Source: Octopus sinensis (lineage: Eukaryota). From it: 21,187 nt of DNA. A program made the position numbers and the translations under genes. Under the pieces are notes generated by a model. The model was not told where the DNA came from. It searched no databases and saw only the letters and a program-made list of their open reading frames with translations. Where the stretch lies: contig NW_021823770.1 of the NCBI RefSeq assembly GCF_006345805.1, forward strand, positions 1-21,187, written 5' to 3'. Below, piece after piece: positions 10,061 to 21,187 of the stretch (position 1 is its first letter; the number at the start of each line of letters is the position of its first letter).

Positions 10061-10153
10061 CCAATGACGACGCGAAGCAGTCACGTGAAGCAATCACGTG
10101 AAGCGGTCAGGTGACGTGGTCACGTGATGTGACCACATAAAGTGATCATGTGA
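10061..10153. promoter_or_regulatory. CCAAT box followed by a 13-bp tandem array of bHLH-ZIP E-boxes (candidate cis-regulatory cluster)
   Basis: CCAAT 10061-10065; TCACGTGA at 10081, 10094 and 10120; GTCAGGTGAC 10106-10115; TCATGTGA 10146-10153. The motifs are seen directly; function is inferred. Confidence 0.4.
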
Positions 10154-10754
10154 ACTGGGTGGTCTACCAGGGATTATGCGAAAATGTGATGACTTGCGTT
10201 GCCCGTAGTTTGTCAGTGAGAAGTTGATGATCCAGGTAAAAGCGAAAGTGGAGTTAATGGTGGTGGCCATGGTGATGATTGTCATGCTGATAGTGATCGT
10301 AATGATGGTGGACAGAGTGGTGGTGGCAATATGGTTATGACTGTGGTGGCCATAGTGATGGTGGTATTGCTGGTGGTGGTAGCCATGGTGAAGGTGACCA
10401 TAGGGATGGTGGCTATGGTCCGATTGAATTGCTGGTGGTGCTGACGACCATGGTGTGAATGGTTCTGGTTACGGTAGGATCATTGCCGGTACGTATAAGA
10501 TGTAGCCGTGCTTGTTGTTACTGTTGTTGTCAACGTCGTCGTCGTCGTTGTTATTGAGCCCTTCATCAAGAAAACGTACGGTGAATGACGTTCTATCCAT
10601 GACCATCGCATTAAAAAAAAATCTAGACATAATGTATCTAAGATTACATTATACGAGGTGTCCTTCTTTCTTTAAAAGAGGGTTAGATGTGAGTGGCAGT
10701 GATGTAATGTGCATGGTAGTGGAAGTAGTGGTGGTAGTGGTGTTGTAACAATAG

Positions 10755-10794
<40 letters not shown>

Positions 10795-10811
10795 AACTAC
10801 TGCTGCTGCTG

Positions 10812-10849
<38 letters not shown>

Positions 10850-10901
10850 GCTGCTGCTGCTACTACTACTACTACCACTAATACTACTAGTGCTGCTGCT
10901 G

Positions 10902-10938
<37 letters not shown>

Positions 10939-10965
10939 CTACTACTACTACTGCTGCTGCTGCTG

Positions 10966-11015
<50 letters not shown>

Positions 11016-11031
11016 ACTGCTGCTACTACTG

Positions 11032-11066
<35 letters not shown>

Positions 11067-11070
11067 GCTG

Positions 11071-11130
<60 letters not shown>
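10755..11130. repeat. (CTA)n/(CTG)n trinucleotide array
   Basis: Directly visible. Confidence 0.97.
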
Positions 11131-11131
<1 letters not shown>

Positions 11132-11471
11132 ATCGACTTCCTTCAACTACGAAAAGCATCAAGGAGAGTATATGAGAAATGGATTCATCCGGTGTAATGG
11201 GTCTGAGGCCCAGGTATCCAAGAAGGGGCCTGGAGATCCAAAAAGGCCTGGGGGGGTTGTGAGTAAGCGGTGTTGGTGGGGGAGGGGTGGAGTGTATCAA
11301 GGAATTTCTGATGGTGAGGAGGAGCCAGCACACCTTTCTGGAAAGGTCTGGAAAGAAGTCTTGTCACTCCTTGCAAAATTGCTCTCGGAAACCTTGGCAA
11401 CAAGTAAAACAACAACAACAACAGCAGCAATAACTATGATGACGATGAACGATGGCGGCAACGACGATGAT

Positions 11472-11487
11472 ACTACTACTACTACTA

Positions 11488-11524
<37 letters not shown>

Positions 11525-11550
11525 ATAATAATAATATAATAATAATAATA
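11472..11550. repeat. (CTA)n(TAA)n microsatellite
   Basis: Directly visible. Confidence 0.93.
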
Positions 11551-11576
11551 GTGATGCCGCTGCTGCTGTTGCGGTT

Positions 11577-12539
11577 GATGATGGCGATGACGACGACGTC
11601 GATGGTGATGGTGATTATGATGATGATGATGGTGATGATGATGATGATGATGATGATGAGGTTGATGGTGATGATGATGGTGATGATGGTGATGATGATG
11701 ATGAGGATGATGGTGATGATAACGATGGTGATGATGATGATGATGAGGATGATGGTGATGAGGATAATGAGGATGATGGTGATGAGGATGATGATGATGA
11801 TGATGAGGATGATGATGATGAGGATGATGATGATGAGGATGATGATGATGGTGATGATAATGATGGTGATGATGATGATGATGAGGATGATGGTGATGAG
11901 GATGATGGTGATGAGGATGATGATGATGATGAGGATGATGGTGATGAGGATGATGATGATGATGATGAGGATGATGGTGATGATGATGAGGATGATGGTG
12001 ATGAGGATGATGATGATGGTGATGATGATGATGGTGATGATGATGATGATGAGGATGATGGTGATGAGGATGATGGTGATGAGGATGATGATGATGATGA
12101 TGAGGATGATGGTGATGAGGATGAGGATGATGAGGATGATGGTGATGATGATGAGGATGATGATGATGGTGATGATAATGATGGTGATGATGATGATGAT
12201 GAGGATGATGATGAGGATGATGGTGACGATAATGATGGTGATGATGGTGATGATGGTGATGAGGATGATGATGATGTTGATGATGATGATGGTGATGATG
12301 ATGATGATGAGGATGATGGTGATGAGGATGATGGTGATGAGGATGATGATGATGATGATGAGGATGATGGTGATGAGGATGATGATGATGAGGATGATGG
12401 TGATGATGATGAGGATGATGATGATGGTGATGATAATGATGGTGATGATGATGATGATGATAATGATGGTGAGGATGATGGTGACGATAATGATGGTGAT
12501 GATGATGGTGATGATGATGAGTATGGTGATGAGGATGAT
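11577..12539. repeat. About 960-bp (GAT)n array with GAG/GGT/AAT variant triplets
   Basis: Unbroken triplet phase; variant blocks recur (e.g. GGTGACGATAAT near 12222 and 12480). Confidence 0.97.
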
Positions 12540-12597
12540 TTCTTTTATTTGCCACAGGAGTTTCAGGACATTTGTAAGAATATTAATAACAAGAACT

Positions 12598-12718
12598 GCA
12601 ACAAGCAACAACAACAATAGCAACAACCACAAAAAAAAAACAGCAACAGCAACTTCATCAACAACTGCAGCAAACAGAGCAAGAGCAGCAGCAGCAGCAG
12701 CAGCAACAACAACAACAC
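12598..12718. repeat. (CAA)/(CAG)-rich tract
   Basis: Directly visible. Confidence 0.85.
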
Positions 12719-13076
12719 TAAAAGAAAAGCTAACAGTAAAATTCACTGAAATAATGAGATTCTCCTCTCTCTCCTCCTTCCCCCCTCTATATAGCTTACT
12801 CATCCTCCACCTCATTATATTCCACTCCCCTCTCTATGCATTGCTTTTCCCGATCCTATCTCTCTATATTGTCCTCCAACTCCACCCTTCCCCTCTCATT
12901 GTACAAACTCCTCCTCCTCCCGCCTAGCCTCTCTCTCTCACTCCCTCTCTTTCCCTCTCTCCATTAGTCTCATCTGCTCCTCCCCCCTCGCCACAGGAGC
13001 GCCCCCCTTCCCCCTCTTTCACATCGCGTCACAATCCATAATGATGGTGGAGGCGGTGGTGCTAACAGCTGTGATT

Positions 13077-13209
13077 GTAGTAGTAGTAGTAGTAGTAGTA
13101 GTAGCAGCAGCAGTTTTATTGGTGGCGGTGGCGATAGTGGTGGTGGCGATAGTGGTGGTGGCGATAGTGGTGGTGGCGATAGTGGTGGTGGCGATAGTGG
13201 TGGTGGTGG
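13077..13209. repeat. (GTA)n then a 15-bp minisatellite (GGTGGTGGCGATAGT) x5
   Basis: GCGATAGT recurs at 13131, 13146, 13161, 13176, 13191. Confidence 0.93.
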
Positions 13210-13608
13210 TAGTTGTTCAAGAGGAGGGGGGTAGGTGGGTGATAGTCGATGTATAGTCATGGTGGCGTCGGCGGTGGTGGCGCTGGTGAATCAGGTTCTA
13301 CACGTGGTTGCGGTGTTGGTGATGTTGTTGATGACGTTTGAAATAGTGCACTGGTGGCAATCGTAGTTGCAGTTGCAATGGCAGAAGCAGCGGTTGTTGC
13401 TGTTGTTGTCAGCAAGTGAAATGTACTCAACGACCTTTCCTACAGCCGACTCCACAATTTCCATGGTAGCTGCCATCTCCGCATCTCCATAGCGCCCCCA
13501 CCCCCACCCCAACACACACACACGCACGCACGCTCAACCCCCACCTCTCTCTTTCTCTTTCATTCACTCTAGTTCTGTCTAAATCTATGTTATCACATAC
13601 ACACAAAC

Positions 13609-13677
13609 ATGTGTGTGTGTATATATATAGATATATAGATATATATACATACATACACACATGCAATTACATATATG

Positions 13678-13708
<31 letters not shown>

Positions 13709-13923
13709 TATATATATTATATTATATAATATATATATATATATAATATATATACATATATATACATATATACATACATAGACACACACATGGAAAATGT
13801 TCCCTCAGTTTTTTCTTTCGATCTCTGATGCATCTTATACACACACACGCGCACACACACACAAATACATATGTATATATCTATACACACACACGCATAA
13901 TATACATACATACACACGCACTC

Positions 13924-13955
<32 letters not shown>

Positions 13956-13956
13956 G

Positions 13957-14026
<70 letters not shown>

Positions 14027-14032
14027 TTCGGC

Positions 14033-14068
<36 letters not shown>

Positions 14069-14074
14069 ATATCT
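13609..14074. repeat. Compound (TG)/(TA)/(CA) then (TATC)n(TGTC)n microsatellites
   Basis: Directly visible. Confidence 0.92.
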
Positions 14075-14084
14075 ACATACGCAT

Positions 14085-15920
14085 AATAGAGAGAGACCTA
14101 GTAAAGAAATTAGAAGAGATACTTAGAAGTGGCGTCGCGTCCAACGTACTGGCGGCGAGGTTGGCCCTCGATCAACACTTCAACGCCAGATACGAATGTC
14201 GTATTGTCAGAGCTAGTGTGCGTACCCTGAGAAACGAAGGAATTGCAGCCCCCGAGAGGCCTGGGCGGCGGAGGCGTAACGTGGCAACAAAGCCACCATT
14301 CGAGCTTTGGTGGATGAACAGGGGCGTGAATTACTCGAGCCCGAAAGGATGTGTAAGTCCTTTCAGCAACACATTGCTCGACTGTTCGGGACAACTGGTG
14401 GGTCAAAACGCAGGGTAGACTTTAGTGCCTATTTGCATAGCCTGTCATGACTCTCAGCAAGAGAGGGAGAGTGTTGTGAAAGTTTCATTACAAGTACGGG
14501 ATGCGATGGCAAGCTGCGCGAGAGACAAGTTACCAGGCTTGGATGGTCTGCCCTACGAGCTTTATATTCATATGTCAGACTTGTTTGGAGACGTCTTGGC
14601 AACAGTCTACTGCAACTGGCAGCAAAACAAGAGTATTCCCAGTTTTTTAACCCGAGGAGCGGTGATTCTGCTAAAGAAATACCCAAACAAGGGGAACGTT
14701 ATAGATAATTTTCGGCCCATCACTCTGCTCAACACAGATTTGGCCAAGGTGCTAGCCGAGAGGTTGGCGCTTGTCATCGAGAAACTGGTCGATAAGGCGC
14801 AAACATTGGCCGTGCCGAGCAGAAGTATCCACGACAACCTCTATCTGATGCGCTACATCATAGATAGAGTAGTGAAGGAACCTAGCATGGGTGGGGCGCT
14901 GATCAGTTTGGATCAATCGAAAGCTTTCGATAGGGTCGACCATTGAGACGTGGAGGCTGTCCTTAGGGCGGTTGGTTTCGGTCCAGTCCTCGTGGTTGGA
15001 TCGCTGCTTTGTACAGCGGCATCCACTCAGTAGTTCGCGTAAATGGTCATCCATTTAGACCATTTAGATGACGTTGAACAGGCATGGTCGCCGTTTGTGA
15101 GATACGGTTTTCCCACAGCTCGTCCCTTTGACCGAACTGCAATCATGGATCAAGCAGAGACCAAGGCCAGGCGAATGGCATTGCGAATGTCACCATGCTC
15201 TCGAGGAGCTCTGCCGTCCGGGTTCAAACTTGTGCGATTTCAATTCCACGAAGTCGTTCTATAGAGGATTAGTGAAGGGGAGGTGCGACAACGTTCTTGG
15301 GAAGAATCTGGGCGTCGACGGAGAATACCTGAACCGCCTATTCATGACCACTTTTGGGCCAGGACTTATGGATAATTTCCAGAGATCCTTGGCCTGGTAG
15401 TGCTATTGGGAAGTATTTACCGTTCGAGATAAGTTCTACAGACACGGTTCAAGAAACACCTGTGGGCCTATGTCGAACGGCTGCTGTCACTTGTTGGGTG
15501 AATTCGGTTGTCAGCCGAATTTATCGTGAATATTACCCCGCCACCTACCTTTAACTGGGAAAGGCAAAGCATTTTTTTATTATTTTACTGGTGGCTACGG
15601 TGAAAGAATATGTATAGTGGACTCGTTTGAAAAGTTTAGAGACAAACATTTTCCTCCTCGGCCAACCTCTCATCAACTTTTTCAAGTATTACTTGAGAAG
15701 GAAGGTGAGAATAGAGATGGAAGTTTTAACAAAAGGTGGGTGAATGTGGCAAGGATGGTACGCATGAATAACGGAACCTCCTTGAGGATGATCCTATAAA
15801 ACAAAGAGAGAAAGAGTGTTTTGCTCTCATGTTATTTTTTCATTTTAAAATTTTTATTCGTTTCCGGGGTTACCGTGGTTCTTTTTCGCAGGTTTTTCTT
15901 TCCACGGATAAACCTAGTCA
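14085..15920 (+). mobile_element. Decayed, 5'-truncated and internally deleted Tx1/L1-clade LINE (ORF2 reverse transcriptase pseudogene plus probable 3' UTR)
   Basis: Motifs KLPGLDGLPYELY, NFRPITLLNTD, RSIHDN, LDQSKAFDRVDH; stops and frameshifts; QGCPL/YADD segment deleted near 15070; ORF2-like end at 15799; aligns with the copy at 18781-21187. The 3' boundary is approximate. Confidence 0.9.
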
Positions 15921-16351
15921 ATGTTATATTTAATCCCGCTTTGGGGTGCTTCGAATCCCGTCAAGATCAACTTAATCTTTAATCGTTTCGGAATCAATAC
16001 ATAAAATGGCGAGCCAGTGAAGCGAATATTCTGATTCATCGGAGCATTGAGCGTGATTCCTTGTGGTATCTGATCCAATTCTTTGCGCATTGTGACCTAT
16101 TCCTACTTTGGTATTTAAAAAAACAGAAATACCTTGATGGTGATATCATGGTACTTTACGTATAAAGAAGACGCCATGGTGGACTACGACAGACAGTGGT
16201 ACTAGAACGCTCCGTCGTTTTAAAAACCGGTGACATGTATAGTGACGGTTTTGCGACTCTCTCTTCGCCACGCAAGTCAAAGGCATTATAGATTGGTTCC
16301 AGAATAACGAAGACGTCTTGGAAACCTCCTTGACAACGAAAAATACCACTT

Positions 16352-16535
16352 CACACACACACACACACACACACACATATTTGTATATGTATATATATGC
16401 ATGCATATATTTCTTATACGTATATATATCCATTTGTATACACACACATGTATGTTTATCAATCTGTCTGTGCTTATGTATGTGTATGTGTGTGTATATA
16501 TGTATTTATATATGTATATATATATTTGTATATAT
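16352..16535. repeat. Compound (CA)/(TA)/(TG) microsatellite
   Basis: Directly visible. Confidence 0.9.
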
Positions 16536-16639
16536 TGGTAAAAAGGGTAAGATAACAAAAGAAAGAAAGAGACCTCAATATTATGTAAATAGAGGAAATT
16601 TATCTATAAAATAATATGTTACAATTACTCAATAGTCAA

Positions 16640-16700
16640 GATAAAACTCTGAGTTTCAGATGCCGAAGTGGAAATCCACAACACCATCTCTTCGGTTATC
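16640..16700 (-). ncRNA. Degenerate type I hammerhead-like motif
   Basis: Minus strand: GATAA CCGAAGA GATG...GTGGA-TT-TCCAC...CATCT GAAAC TCAGA GTT TTATC. Perfect 5-bp stem I and near-palindromic stem III AACTC-A-GAGTT, but the core is CCGA rather than CTGA and the stem II register is off by one. Confidence 0.45.
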
Positions 16701-16976
16701 TGGCCATCTGAAAAAACGCTATGAAAAAATACCGTTATATAAAGGGAAATTACTGTGTTATAATTCTGCTACTTATATAAAATAAGATTAATAACTGTCT
16801 TTTAGTATCTACTTCTTCAAATATTTTTCATAATAAATTCCATAATATTACACACATTTTTCCTATAAAAATTAGACATTATTTACAAAAAAAACAACAA
16901 ACAAACAAAAGAATTTAATTATAAATTGTATAAACTATCACTGATGATTATTTAACATTTTTTATCTTATTACTTA

Positions 16977-17368
16977 CTAGCAGTATCGCCTGGCGTTGCT
17001 CGGGTTTGTAAGGGAAATAACTATAAAGCATTTTTAGAGAGTTATAGCAAAAAATAGCAAAAAATGCATTAAAAATGGAAAAAATATGATGGTAATTTTT
17101 TTTTAAATCGTTGACTCATCGTAGACATTTTTAGAGAGTTACTTCCCTTATATTAAAAAAAATATGCATTAAAATGGAAAAAAATGATGGTAAATTATTT
17201 TTAAAATCGTAGACTCATCGTAGACGCGCGCTAATACCCAGAAGGGCTCGATATGAATCACGACTATAAGATACCTGGTTTCGGTTAAACTGCACCGCAA
17301 AATGTGGGTGTAGTTAGGAATCTAAATCGGAGTAGACAGACACACAACCTTACATTTATATATAAAGA
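16977..17368 (-). mobile_element. Non-autonomous Helitron, copy A (392 bp)
   Basis: On the minus strand: A|TC 5' end, subterminal GC hairpin CCCGAGCAACGCCAGG, CTAG|T 3' end, no TSD; internal tandem duplication of about 98 bp. Confidence 0.85.
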
Positions 17369-17560
17369 TTAAGCCGTATTGATAATTGACTGTTAAATAT
17401 AAATCTTAGTGTCATGTATTTGAAAATTCTTTACTTTATTTGGGTTGGTCTTTCCTAAAAATACAGCCTTACCGGTTTTCTACTTCTTTTACAGGAATTT
17501 AAATTAGCTCATACATAGAAATTTATAGAGAGAATGTTAGCTTTTAATATTCTATTATTA

Positions 17561-17952
17561 TCTTTATATATAAAAGAGAGGTTGTGTGTCTGTCTCCTAC
17601 GATTTAGATTCCTAACTACTCCCACATTTTGCGGTGCAGTTTAACCAAAACGGGTATCTTATAGTCGTGATTCATATCGAGCCCTTCTGGGTATTAGCGC
17701 GCGTCTACGATGAGTCTACGATTTAAAAAAAAATTGACCATAATTTTTTTCCATTTTAATGCATTTTTTCGCTATTATATAAGGGAAGTAACTCTCTAAA
17801 AATGTCTACGATGAGTCAACGATTAAAAAAAATTTACCATAATTTTTTTCCATTTTTAATGCATTTTTTAATATTTTTTGCTATAACTCTCTAAAAATGC
17901 TTATATAGTTATTTCCCTTACAAACCCGAGCAACGCCGGGCGTTACTGCTAG
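17561..17952 (+). mobile_element. Non-autonomous Helitron, copy B (392 bp)
   Basis: A(17560)|TC 5' end, hairpin CCCGAGCAACGCCGGG (17925-17940), CTAG(17949-17952)|T; reverse-complement homolog of copy A. Confidence 0.87.
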
Positions 17953-18090
17953 TTATATATATATCAGCAGCCAAGCTTTTATTTTTTAGTCTTGTTTAAA
18001 TAGACATGACGCCAAGAGAAATAACACACTACAAAATGATTAATAACACCAGACCTATGTAATTCTAACGTCTTTTGGGTTTTTATAATG

Positions 18091-18172
18091 AGCTACTGAC
18101 GAGAATTTTCTGACAACTCAGATTCTTGAATATGAATTTCTTGTCTTTCTGTATGAAACAATTGTAGGAGCT
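18091..18172 (+). ncRNA. Degenerate type I hammerhead-like motif
   Basis: AGCTA CTGACGA (18096-18102) ... GAAAC AATT GTA GGAGCT; palindromic stem III ACAATTGT and GTA triplet (18164-18166). Stem I (AGCT/AGCT) is out of canonical register and the stem II base is weak. Confidence 0.45.
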
Positions 18173-18278
18173 ACACGAATAAAAAAGTTATCATCCATAT
18201 TAACATCTAATCTCCTCCATTTACGTAAATATGAACGAATGTGTTGAACTCTGTTTAATAAGTTAAATCATATACTTA

Positions 18279-18499
18279 ATACATATATATATATGTGTGT
18301 GTGTGTGTGTTTGTTTGTGTGTGTTTGTGTGTGTGTGTTTGTGTGTGTGTGTTTGTGTGTGTGTGCGTGCGTGTTGTGTGTGTGTGCGCGCGCACATACA
18401 TATATATATATATGTAATATATATATATGTGTATATATATATATATACATGCATATACACACACACACACACACACGCACATATACACACATATATATA
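18279..18499. repeat. Compound (TA)/(TG)/(CA) microsatellite
   Basis: Directly visible. Confidence 0.93.
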
Positions 18500-18653
18500 G
18501 GTACGCCTAGTTAATTAACCAAACAATGAATCATTAATTAATAATAATTAAACCTTTTGCAAATCCAGTTGTGTGACAACTAATTGTAGTACATTTGTCG
18601 CATAGAGGCCACCAGGTTTATATTTATCTATCCACTTGTCTATCTCTCTCTCG

Positions 18654-21187
<2,534 letters not shown>

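Noticed and set aside
11131-11402. Unique-looking island translated in ORF 10890-11525
   Set aside because: No recognisable homology, and the ORF is open mainly because of flanking triplet repeats.
10649-12927. Long poly-Met, poly-His, poly-Ile, poly-Ser and poly-Thr ORFs
   Set aside because: By-products of (CTA)n and (GAT)n arrays that lack stops in several frames.
15966-16056. Minus-strand CCGATGAATCA...TGATTCCGAAAC hammerhead-like pattern
   Set aside because: Core mismatch, stem II out of register, and no convincing stem I or III.
15930-16350. Complex sequence with a YY1-like AAAATGGCG and short coding-looking frames
   Set aside because: The frames examined are interrupted by stops, no recognisable protein or splice pair was found, and a single short motif is expected by chance.

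Overview
Eukaryotic, repeat-saturated non-coding DNA (intronic or intergenic), most likely from an octopus or related coleoid cephalopod. That is an inference from the tRNA-derived SINE families and the extreme microsatellite load. No intact protein-coding gene is supported; almost all ORFs in the track are translated microsatellites. Identifiable content: two decayed Tx1/L1-clade LINE copies (~14085-15920 and ~18781-end), two full-length tRNA-headed SINEs plus three partial or diverged ones, a mariner-derived MITE (3167-3375), and two 392-bp non-autonomous Helitrons arranged head-to-head (16977-17368, 17561-17952). The most interesting signals are several type I hammerhead-ribozyme-like motifs with palindromic stem III, as seen in Penelope-like elements (best copy 328-417; degenerate copies at 6-35, 16640-16700 minus and 18091-18172). 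Also notable are a 13-bp tandem array of TCACGTGA E-boxes behind a CCAAT box (10061-10153), lesions shared by both LINE copies, and higher-order structure inside the trinucleotide arrays. All calls were made by eye.
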